Source of the DNA: a virus
IMG/VR virus record: IMGVR_UViG_3300042898_000852
Coordinates: 13,937 to 77,936 of that record
DNA: 64,000 nt
Direction: 5' to 3' (one strand)
Below the pieces are notes generated by a model. It did no database searches. It was given only the letters and a program-made list of their open reading frames with translations, and had not been told where the DNA came from. How positions within the stretch are numbered: position 1 is the stretch's first letter; the number at the start of each line of letters is the position of its first letter. This document shows, piece by piece, positions 46,038-53,708 of this stretch. Position numbers and translations under genes: made by a program.

Positions 46038-46115
46038 ATTTTTCTCCTATGCAATTTACGGCTTGCAAATACCAGTGTGCGGATTATGGCCTCGCCTACC
46101 TTCTAACTTTATTTA
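46038..46115 (-). promoter_or_regulatory. Structured 5' leader of the DNA polymerase: twin hairpins with GCCRUAAW loops
   Basis: TAAATA 46110-15; GCGAG-GCCATAAT-CCGC (46079-95) and TGCAA-GCCGTAAA-TTGCA (46050-67) abutting the SD. Confidence 0.55.
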
Positions 46116-46403
46116 ACTAATTAGCATCCGGACGAGTCCGACGGTGTCGATTGCGGTAAGCAAGATATAATTAGCCAGCATACCAAAGGAACGACGACTA
46201 TAAGCACACCAAGCGTATATAGCACAACCTGCAATCCAAATGGGGTACAAGACCAGAAGAGGAGGATTAGGCACGGTTGCGGCCATAGTGATAGAACAGC
46301 CAATAGATATAGCCCAAGCAAGGACCTCAAGACAAAAACGTACTCTATGACTTTTGTAGTCCTCTCGGATCCAGCTAAATGTTCCACCTAGTATCTCATT
46401 CAT
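46113..46403 (-). CDS. Small multi-pass membrane protein
   Basis: Three hydrophobic segments. Confidence 0.55.
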   Translation of the reverse strand: MNEILGGTFSWIREDYKSHRVRFCLEVLAWAISIGCSITMAATVPNPPLLVLYPIWIAGCAIYAWCAYSRRSFGMLANYILLTAIDTVGLVRMLIS

Positions 46404-46663
46404 TCCGGTAGACGTTTAGTGACACCGAGAATCATTTCAATGTCATTCCATTCTTGTTCGTGGTCTTTCCAGTTGTCTTTGTGTGCAATTCGAATTGCCT
46501 TGTTTATGATACTGGGTTTGATCTGCAGTTCTTCTGCCACAGCTTTAACAGTTTCTTTAAGACCCTCTTGCAGATCTTCTAATTCACGAAGCACATTAGA
46601 ACCTTCACTGATCAAACGTTCTAGTTTGGCTTTTTCTTCGGGACCGTACATTCTTGTTGACAT
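46400..46663 (-). CDS. Double-stranded DNA-binding protein (T4 DsbA/GapR-like)
   Basis: Coiled coil, LKETVKAVAEELQIKPSIINKAIRIAHK; AGGAG SD. Confidence 0.6.
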   Translation of the reverse strand: MSTRMYGPEEKAKLERLISEGSNVLRELEDLQEGLKETVKAVAEELQIKPSIINKAIRIAHKDNWKDHEQEWNDIEMILGVTKRLPE

Positions 46664-46682
46664 AATTCTCTCCTATAGGACT

Positions 46683-46711
46683 ATTATATAGTCAAAGAAA
46701 AAGCCGGTCAA
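46683..46711 (-). promoter_or_regulatory. Sigma70 promoter overlapping the upstream terminator
   Basis: TTGACC-N17-TATAAT. Confidence 0.65.
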
Positions 46712-46726
46712 CTAATTGCCGGCTTT
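46694..46726 (-). terminator. Rho-independent terminator of the head-protein block
   Basis: AAAGCCGG-N11-CCGGCTTT followed by TTCTTT on -. Confidence 0.75.
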
Positions 46727-46749
46727 ATGTTACCAAACGGCAAATCTAT

Positions 46750-48177
46750 TTAACTAGATCCGTCTCTGCTCATTCCGACTTGGCTCAAGATCATAATACT
46801 TAGTACGCCTGGAATAATTAACCAAGCTGGGCCACCGAAAATTCCTGCGATCGTTGCGGCTGCGCCTCCTAGTATTCCTGTTAAACTTGTAAGTTTTTCG
46901 CCCAAGGTTGCACTTGGATGCCAAGCATCGATGCCACCTAATGTTCCCATACCGCTCTTTGGATCTTTTTTCTTCTGACCAAAGAAGTCACCAATTGGAC
47001 CTTCTTCAATGGATTCACTAGCAGCTTCTGGTTTAACACCTAGTGCCTTAGAAATTGCTTTGATATTTGCTAATGTAAAATCGCTTTTATCTGCACGGTC
47101 TTTACCTAACACTTGTTTAGCAACTGATGCCATTTTATCTTTTTCTTCATCTGAAAGTTTTGGTGCTAGTTTAGACATCAGCATGCTTTTGACTTTGTCC
47201 ATCGTGCCTTCATCTAAACGTGAGCGATTTTCAACTATTTTTTTTTTCGACTCGCTCAATACATCATACATTTCAAATGCACCACCCATACGTTCGTAGA
47301 CCATACCAGCATAAACATCAGCCTTCATGCCTTCGCCAATCTTGGTTTTAGCAACACGTTGTGCCCAAGCCCACAGTTGATTGTCTACGGGATCAATCTG
47401 TTGCTGGCCACCACTTTCAACAACCAGTGCCATCATTTCTTTGAATGATAGATTAGATTCAATTGATTCTTTAACGGTCTTCTTTTTTCCAAAGAATTTT
47501 TCTTGAGCAGCACTCATTCCCTTCTTGCCGGCTGGCTTGTTACCGCCTTTGTCAGCAACTGCCTTCTTCATTGGCTCTTTCTTGTCACCGTCTTTGTCCA
47601 TGTCTAAGAAGTCTGGCTTAGCACCTTCGTCCATGATCTTGGACATCTTCTTTTTCTTATCTTCTTTTTTCTTCTTGGCCTCAGCGGCGCTTTCTTCTTT
47701 CTTGGCCTCAACCATCTTCATGAACTTGCTTTTGAATTGTGGCTCAATGCTTTCTACTTTCTTGCCATCTTTAACACGAGTCACTGAACCCTTGCCGTGT
47801 GCTTTTTCATAGTCCTTGCTGTCTTTGGCATGGGCTTTGTCTGCTGCCTTGTCGCCTTCCTTGTCTGCTGCACTTTGTGATTTAGCATTTGACTTAGGTT
47901 CAGTATGCGGGTCATCGCTGAAACGATTTGGATTTTGTTTATGCTTGGTTACGCCTTTTGTTGAACGATCAATAGTTCCACCTGTAGACGATTTTTCTTC
48001 TTTTACATCTTCTTCTTTCTTCTTCTTGGCTTCAGCAACATAAGTTGTTTGGCCAGCTAGAACACGAAGTTGCGCATCTTCGTTGAGCTGCACAGCTTTG
48101 TCTAGTACAGGGGCTGCAGGAGTTGTCGGTGGTGCTTCCATCCCGTCAAGTTTGCTGAGTATTGCTTTAAAGTCCAT
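46750..48177 (-). CDS. Lys/Glu-rich modular protein, probable internal-head/core polyprotein
   Basis: Many hydrophobic-x-E sites (LNE, VAE, VKE, MVE, MDE, LSE, LDE, IEE); KPDFLDMDKDGDKKEPMKKA module; C-terminal hydrophobic segment. Confidence 0.5.
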   Translation of the reverse strand: MDFKAILSKLDGMEAPPTTPAAPVLDKAVQLNEDAQLRVLAGQTTYVAEAKKKKEEDVKEEKSSTGGTIDRSTKGVTKHKQNPNRFSDDPHTEPKSNAKSQSAADKEGDKAADKAHAKDSKDYEKAHGKGSVTRVKDGKKVESIEPQFKSKFMKMVEAKKEESAAEAKKKKEDKKKKMSKIMDEGAKPDFLDMDKDGDKKEPMKKAVADKGGNKPAGKKGMSAAQEKFFGKKKTVKESIESNLSFKEMMALVVESGGQQQIDPVDNQLWAWAQRVAKTKIGEGMKADVYAGMVYERMGGAFEMYDVLSESKKKIVENRSRLDEGTMDKVKSMLMSKLAPKLSDEEKDKMASVAKQVLGKDRADKSDFTLANIKAISKALGVKPEAASESIEEGPIGDFFGQKKKDPKSGMGTLGGIDAWHPSATLGEKLTSLTGILGGAAATIAGIFGGPAWLIIPGVLSIMILSQVGMSRDGSS

Positions 48178-48178
48178 T

Positions 48179-48490
48179 TTAGTTTCCTTGATTTTTTCTG
48201 TTCTGCCACTGATCTTTGAGGCTTTGTTTTACTGAGTTTTGAATAGATTCTTCAAAATCTCGAGGTCCTGATTCAATTTGTCCAGCTGCCATTTTTTCAT
48301 ATTCCATATAGTGATATACGGAACTGATATAATCAGCAGCTTTGGTAATTTTTGATTGTACCCATCCATCTAATTCGTCGTTTTCTCCGATCAGTTTAAA
48401 CAATTTGGCAGAGTACTGATTGAGCTTATATAGCTCAGCTCTGGCCATTTTGGCTTCGTGATCGTCGACTGGTTGTTTTTCTAGGTCCAT
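48179..48490 (-). CDS. Hypothetical (probable head) protein
   Basis: DHEAKMA...LDGWVQSKITKAADYI..VYHYMEYE; TAAATA 5 nt before ATG. Confidence 0.55.
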   Translation of the reverse strand: MDLEKQPVDDHEAKMARAELYKLNQYSAKLFKLIGENDELDGWVQSKITKAADYISSVYHYMEYEKMAAGQIESGPRDFEESIQNSVKQSLKDQWQNRKNQGN

Positions 48491-48498
48491 AAATGTAT

Positions 48499-48681
48499 TT
48501 ATCTTCTTATAATAGATTCGCTGGGAGACTTACGTTTTCTTTTTGCAGTGTTATTTTGTTTATAACTGCCGCCAAATAGTGTGCCTACAGCTGAACCCGT
48601 GCCACCTTTAATAAACGTGGCTCCCATACCAGCACTTGTAGCACCTGCTGTAGCTGTTTCCAACAGTTCTTTAATCTTCAT
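48499..48681 (-). CDS. Small protein with capsid-targeting-like N terminus
   Basis: MKIKELLE|TATAGATSAG. Confidence 0.5.
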   Translation of the reverse strand: MKIKELLETATAGATSAGMGATFIKGGTGSAVGTLFGGSYKQNNTAKRKRKSPSESIIRR

Positions 48682-48685
48682 ACTG

Positions 48686-49021
48686 TTATTTATTTTTCTT
48701 GGCGCGGCCTGCTTTCATGTTAGCTAACCAATGTGCTAGTTGCCCTTTACGCCCACCAGATTTAGCAGTTTTACGTAAACTACTTACTGATGCTTTAGTA
48801 TTAATACCATGACGTTTAGAATCACCTTTATCTTGTGGATTCCGCCCGTCAGCAAAGTTTTCGTGCTCTACGCTTTCTCCGCCCCCACCATCGCCACCTT
48901 CACCTGAGTCTCCGCTGTAGCCAGCATAGTATCCATAGCCGCCGTACGGTCCCGGTCCGTAAGCAGCCCAACGGGGTCGCTTACGTTTTTTTCTTTCAAT
49001 TATAAATTCTACAGCTCTCAT
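48686..49021 (-). CDS. Two-module basic protein with capsid-targeting-like N terminus
   Basis: MRAVEFIIE|RKKRKR...GGGE|SVEHE|NFADGRNP...[10 protein letters not shown]. Confidence 0.55.
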   Translation of the reverse strand: MRAVEFIIERKKRKRPRWAAYGPGPYGGYGYYAGYSGDSGEGGDGGGGESVEHENFADGRNPQDKGDSKRHGINTKASVSSLRKTAKSGGRKGQLAHWLANMKAGRAKKNK

Positions 49022-49377
49022 TCGTGAAATTGATGATCGTCATGATAATTATCGGCTACAGAGAAACTTGAACCACAGCCACAGGATGTTTCTGCATTAG
49101 GATTACTAATACTAAATTGACTGCCTGATAGATCTTCTTTATAATCTATACTGGCACCCTGCAGATATTGCATACTGGTAGCATCAACTAATACTTTAAA
49201 GTTACCTACAGGAAATTCGAAATCGTCTTCATTTTGTTCTTCGTCAAGAGTGAATCCGTAGCTCATACCACTACATCCTCCACCCTGCACAAACGTACGA
49301 AGTTTAAGATTTGGGTTGCTTTCTTCAGCAAGAAGATCGGTAATTTTAGACTGAGCGTTTTCTGTAATTGTAATCAT
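49018..49377 (-). CDS. erpA: Fe-S cluster insertion protein, HesB/IscA/ErpA family
   Basis: [43 protein letters not shown]. Confidence 0.9.
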   Translation of the reverse strand: MITITENAQSKITDLLAEESNPNLKLRTFVQGGGCSGMSYGFTLDEEQNEDDFEFPVGNFKVLVDATSMQYLQGASIDYKEDLSGSQFSISNPNAETSCGCGSSFSVADNYHDDHQFHE

Positions 49378-49574
49378 ATTGGTTTTTCTCCTGTTAGGTA
49401 TGGCTTACTAAACCATAATTGAAACCATTCTTTTGTGCCTGGTTGAATATTATGTTTTTTCATTAGTTCGCCTTTTTCATTGCCTGTAATACTTATATTG
49501 CTGCCGTCGTAGAGTTGATAGCCTTTGAATTCATTAATGCCTGCTAATTTTTTAATATGTTCCAGCTCATCCAT
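49374..49574 (-). CDS. Hypothetical (probable head) protein
   Basis: Start [15 protein letters not shown]; [29 protein letters not shown]. Confidence 0.55.
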   Translation of the reverse strand: MDELEHIKKLAGINEFKGYQLYDGSNISITGNEKGELMKKHNIQPGTKEWFQLWFSKPYLTGEKPI

Positions 49575-49575
49575 A

Positions 49576-50598
49576 TCACATTCCGCCGCCCACAAGGTCT
49601 CCTGGTTTAGCCGACTTATTTTTCTTAGCACCATCATTGCGCCACTGGCCTGCTGGTCCTTCCTTGTGTCCAATCTTGGCGCCAGCAAACATGGAACCCT
49701 CGCCGACCTTAGTATCCATTTGTTTTAATAGTTCTTGTGCCTTTTCAACACTAATCATATATCTACCAAAGCGATCGGGATTGGCAGCCTTTTGTAGATA
49801 CTGTTTACTAAATCCAGTCGGTGTCGCAGCCGCCGGTGCATCAGCCGCCGATTTATTGTCAGATGGTGCGGTTACTGTTGCTGTGGGTTTAAATCCACCA
49901 GTGTAGCCACCTTGTCCATCGGGTGTAACTCTAGCATTAGCACTACCTGCACCAAATGCCATAGCCCCTGCAAGTCCAGCAGCAGCAGCACCTTGTTTAA
50001 TTCCTTTCCAACTAACTTCATCTAAACTTTCTGTAGCTGTTTCGCCTGTAATAGAAACGGTCCATTGCTTACCACTTGATGCTGATTTTTTAGCAGCCCA
50101 ATCTTTTAGCTGTTGATAGTGCGCCTGTTCACGCTGATCATCTGCATACCGTCCTCGACCTTTGAATACTTTCCACTTTTTACCGTTGATGTAGACAGCA
50201 AAATTGTTAGGTGGTTCTGTATTGCCTTCATCCCAATCTTCGGGGTCTCTTACCCTCTCAGCCACACCTTTTTTAGCATCGTTGTCAAATTGTTTGTTAG
50301 TGGCTCGGTTGATGCCTTTGAAACGCTTGTCGCCTCGAGAATAGTTGCCATCTATATCTGCTTTCTTGGCATCTGCTCCAGCGGCCTTTTTATACTGTGC
50401 TAATTTTTCAGTAGACAATTCACTTAAAATACTTTCCATAGTGGCAAGTTCTTTCTTGTGTTTGACATCACCTTGCTTCTCAGCCTTCTTCTTGTCTTTG
50501 TGTTGCCCAGCTTTGCCAGCCAGCGAGGCGTTTTTAGCCACAAAGTTTCGAGGCTTTGATTCTTTTTTTAGTTCTATAATAAATTCTTTAGCTTTCAT
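49576..50598 (-). CDS. Modular internal-head-like polyprotein
   Basis: Start MKAKEFIIE; modules delimited by LSE, KGVAE, LDE, KVGE. Confidence 0.55.
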   Translation of the reverse strand: MKAKEFIIELKKESKPRNFVAKNASLAGKAGQHKDKKKAEKQGDVKHKKELATMESILSELSTEKLAQYKKAAGADAKKADIDGNYSRGDKRFKGINRATNKQFDNDAKKGVAERVRDPEDWDEGNTEPPNNFAVYINGKKWKVFKGRGRYADDQREQAHYQQLKDWAAKKSASSGKQWTVSITGETATESLDEVSWKGIKQGAAAAGLAGAMAFGAGSANARVTPDGQGGYTGGFKPTATVTAPSDNKSAADAPAAATPTGFSKQYLQKAANPDRFGRYMISVEKAQELLKQMDTKVGEGSMFAGAKIGHKEGPAGQWRNDGAKKNKSAKPGDLVGGGM

Positions 50599-51094
50599 AC
50601 TTGATCCTTTAGTCCAACCCAAATCCATCACGAATTTCGTCCATTAGTTCGCTTACACTGGCTTCTGTATTAGGTAGTCGTCCTTTGAAAGCATCATCGA
50701 TATGTGGATCACCTTCTTCTACTGTGCCTAATGCGTATGTAAAAAATCCATCCCCAGCATTATCAATAATAGCAATGTACCACTGATCCTCAACTTCTGC
50801 ACCTCTAGTGGTAAACATAAATGCATCATCGTTCATACGCTTGCCTTTCCAGCCCGTGGCTTTCATTGCACTGTTAACTTTGTTAACAACTTCGGGCCAA
50901 GGTAATACATTGCCTAACGATGCTTCCGCCACACCTTGCTTCAATGCAGCCTTTTTGGCTTCAAGGTCTTTAATCTTCTTGGCGTGCATCTTGTTCATAG
51001 AACCTTTGTATTGTGCTGCTGCTTGACCTTGTTGATGAAACGCAATCTTCTTATCAATGTCTGCGGCTGTTTCAGAGCCTTCCGCCATACCTTG
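50257..51094 (-). repeat. Dispersed 15-bp repeat encoding (Q/K)G(V/M)AE
   Basis: CAAGGTATGGCGGAA 51080-94, CAAGGTGTGGCGGAA 50924-38, AAAGGTGTGGCTGAG 50257-71 (all on -). Confidence 0.8.
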
Positions 51095-51688
51095 TTCAAG
51101 CCAAGGTTCTAATCCTTGACGAACAGCAGAAAATACTTCATCAGCATTTCTTTGTAAGCCTGCTGGCAATCCTGTTTTGAATGCATCAAAGTCATTCACA
51201 ATTGCCGCAGCCCGCATCTTACTTGCACTCATACCTTCAGCACCTTCTGCATCGGGATCTCTAGCACCACTAGACTCAATCTTGATTGATTTTAAATTAT
51301 AATCAATGCCGTTTTGTTTATTGAACAATTCTGTAAATGCAGGTACACGATCTGAGCCGCAGATAAAAATAACATTTTCAAAACCTTGTTTTTCTAAACT
51401 TTGAAGAACGCCAATGGCAGTACCTACAGATGTATCCCCAATATCAATATTGGGAAATGCCTGCTCAATGAACCCCAACTTGATATCAAAAGGTAACGGG
51501 TTTTCCAATCTTGTTTTGTTCTTGCCTGTGGATTTATGAGTTTGCGATACAAACAAGAAATGAGCATCAGCCTTCTGTTTTAAGATAGCCGCAACTACTT
51601 TCTGGTGACCAATCGTGGGAGGATTCATTCTGCCAAATGCAACGGCAGCAGTCTTACCTGCCTGCTCAAACAGTTCTAGAAGCTTCAT
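50609..51688 (-). CDS. HxGH-superfamily nucleotidyltransferase (cytidylyltransferase/NMNAT-like) with two appended C-terminal modules
   Basis: FGRMNPPTIGH, NPL, GSDR, MSASKMR; N-terminal MKLLELFE; QGMAE and QGVAE junctions. Confidence 0.75.
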   Translation of the reverse strand: MKLLELFEQAGKTAAVAFGRMNPPTIGHQKVVAAILKQKADAHFLFVSQTHKSTGKNKTRLENPLPFDIKLGFIEQAFPNIDIGDTSVGTAIGVLQSLEKQGFENVIFICGSDRVPAFTELFNKQNGIDYNLKSIKIESSGARDPDAEGAEGMSASKMRAAAIVNDFDAFKTGLPAGLQRNADEVFSAVRQGLEPWLEQGMAEGSETAADIDKKIAFHQQGQAAAQYKGSMNKMHAKKIKDLEAKKAALKQGVAEASLGNVLPWPEVVNKVNSAMKATGWKGKRMNDDAFMFTTRGAEVEDQWYIAIIDNAGDGFFTYALGTVEEGDPHIDDAFKGRLPNTEASVSELMDEIRDGFGLD

Positions 51689-52023
51689 TATTCGTAGTCG
51701 CCTTTTTCCATATGTTTTTCTTGTTCAGTGGCTATCATCTTGGCCAATTCTATCAGTTTGTCTTTGGGAAATTTGTCTTCAGCACTTTCAATTTCAAACT
51801 TTTCACAGTATGCTTCTTTACAAGATTCCAAAGGACGGATATATATTTTATATGCATTTGGATTACCTCGATGTTCTTTATGACGATTTACAGCTGGAAA
51901 AAAATAATTTTTTAATACAGTATCATCGTTATCGATAAAGAATTTCAAGTCATTAGTCCAGTCTATGTCAGTCTGGTCTGAAGTAGGTGCCCCTATCGCA
52001 CTAAACATTTCTCTTAATAACAT
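51688..52023 (-). CDS. Hypothetical (probable head) protein
   Basis: Start MLLREMFS; DLKFFIDNDD...FFP. Confidence 0.55.
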   Translation of the reverse strand: MLLREMFSAIGAPTSDQTDIDWTNDLKFFIDNDDTVLKNYFFPAVNRHKEHRGNPNAYKIYIRPLESCKEAYCEKFEIESAEDKFPKDKLIELAKMIATEQEKHMEKGDYE

Positions 52024-52610
52024 TACCAGCTCCTGCAACTCCAGTAACGGGCTTTGTGGCGCGGTCCTGGATTAGCACAATTGTGTCTAGCACGGAAACT
52101 TTTTCTACGTGCGGGATTTGATTTCTTAATACGCATTTTTTTATCGCCAAAGTTTACTTTGACAACGTTGCCCTGCGGATTTTTTACATATACTTTAGAT
52201 TTCTTTACATCACCAGCCATCTTCTTGCCCAGCTGTACTTCGCGACCTTGATATTTTGCTTCATCTACTTCGTCGTCTTCTTTGATCTTTTCGCAGTCGT
52301 TGACACGTTTGCCTGCGTTCTTGCCAGTACCTGGTTGAGTGCCAGTCTTTCTATAACCTTTCCAGCAGCTCTTAGGTCCAGCAACACCTTCTATAAGTTC
52401 ACCTTCAAAAAATTGTACGCCTTCGTTGGTTAGCATTTTTAGGGCAGTATCATCTAGTTCAACCACAATGCCGTCTTCTAAAACTTCTACTACGTGGGTA
52501 GAAATTTCAAAATCAGGACTAAAACTGATACCAAACTCATCTCCAATTTCCGGTGTATTAGGTTCTTCTAAATTTTCTAGTATAGATAATTTGTCTAAAA
52601 GGTCTCTCAT
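52023..52610 (-). CDS. Modular protein ending in a basic Cys/His domain
   Basis: LIE|...SCWKGY...VNDC module; VDE|AKYQGREV...VNFGD...RKSFRARHNC...ARYWSC module. Confidence 0.6.
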   Translation of the reverse strand: MRDLLDKLSILENLEEPNTPEIGDEFGISFSPDFEISTHVVEVLEDGIVVELDDTALKMLTNEGVQFFEGELIEGVAGPKSCWKGYRKTGTQPGTGKNAGKRVNDCEKIKEDDEVDEAKYQGREVQLGKKMAGDVKKSKVYVKNPQGNVVKVNFGDKKMRIKKSNPARRKSFRARHNCANPGPRHKARYWSCRSW

Positions 52611-52614
52611 AGCA

Positions 52615-52650
52615 TTTCCTAAAGTAATACTATATTTATCGCTTTAGAAA
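52615..52650 (-). promoter_or_regulatory. TAAATA promoter in the loop of an SD-sequestering hairpin
   Basis: On -: TTTCTAAAG pairs with CTTTAGGAAA (one G bulged, contains AGGA); TAAATA at 52633-38. Confidence 0.5.
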
Positions 52651-52652
52651 AT

Positions 52653-53030
52653 TTAATAATTATAACGAACTTGCGTTATTGTGCCTTCGATCAGCCTATA
52701 ACCGAGACGGATCCAAACAAAATTGCCGGTGAAGTTGCGTATTTCGTTGATTGCAAGCGGTGTGCTATCTAGTGATTCTAGATTTTCTGCAGAATTGTCA
52801 TAGACAACATCTACCCAGTCATTGTCTCCGGGATAAAGTTCTAGTGAACCCTGTAGTTTAACTGATCCTTTGAAGTTGTTAAACTCAAACATCACAGTAT
52901 GCAAGCCACCATTCTTTCTATGATAGCCTGCTGCTTTGAATTTATCAGTGAATACATAGGAAATTCCCGAAGTACCATCCCAGGTTTCGGTGCTAGTTGC
53001 GGATAATAAAATAATGCTTTCTGTGGACAT
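52653..53030 (-). CDS. Hypothetical beta-rich (probable virion) protein
   Basis: GLHTV...FKGSVKLQGSL...NFTGNFVWIR; TAAATA 4 nt before ATG. Confidence 0.55.
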   Translation of the reverse strand: MSTESIILLSATSTETWDGTSGISYVFTDKFKAAGYHRKNGGLHTVMFEFNNFKGSVKLQGSLELYPGDNDWVDVVYDNSAENLESLDSTPLAINEIRNFTGNFVWIRLGYRLIEGTITQVRYNY

Positions 53031-53708
53031 CTAGTATTTATCGACTATGATGTATTCGTAGATCTTGCCTAGCACCTGTGAATCACGCATTTTCAACATC
53101 AGCAAGGTATTTGCATCTTCAACATACATATATCTTCGATCCCAATACCAATCAGTGTACTGGAACCAACTTTTAACAGATTCTGAAATCAAAATCCTAT
53201 GTTGTTGAGTATCTAACCAAGTAAGATAATTGTTTTTCGAATCTGGGTTACCTTTTAATTTATGCGGCAATAGATAAATTTTGTATCTATACTTGTTATG
53301 AGGTAATTTTTTTGTTAGAATAAAATCAGTATTTTCCAGCAGTTCTAAATTATTTCCCGTGGGTGCGTATCTGTTTACAACAATAGATTCAAATGTTGAT
53401 GATAGACTATCAAAAATAGATTCATCGTTCACATACAAATCAATAGTGTTGGATTCAATACGTTGTGCAAAGTCTTGTTTATTCAAATTTGATAAAAATG
53501 TAGTGAGTGCTAGAAAATTTATCTTATTTTTAAGAGCTTTGTGATGCGAGGAAAACACACTTTTCTTATAGGTTGTGGGACTTATAAGATAACTAATAGT
53601 TTCATTATAGTTCAGTAGTCTATACAAAGACACACCGGGACAAAACAGTGTGATTTTATACAACCACTTGTTGTAAAATTTTCTCTTTGTAAGTTTAGGT
53701 TTCTGCAT
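53031..53708 (-). CDS. Hypothetical protein
   Basis: 225-aa ORF coupled to clpA. Confidence 0.55.
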   Translation of the reverse strand: MQKPKLTKRKFYNKWLYKITLFCPGVSLYRLLNYNETISYLISPTTYKKSVFSSHHKALKNKINFLALTTFLSNLNKQDFAQRIESNTIDLYVNDESIFDSLSSTFESIVVNRYAPTGNNLELLENTDFILTKKLPHNKYRYKIYLLPHKLKGNPDSKNNYLTWLDTQQHRILISESVKSWFQYTDWYWDRRYMYVEDANTLLMLKMRDSQVLGKIYEYIIVDKY

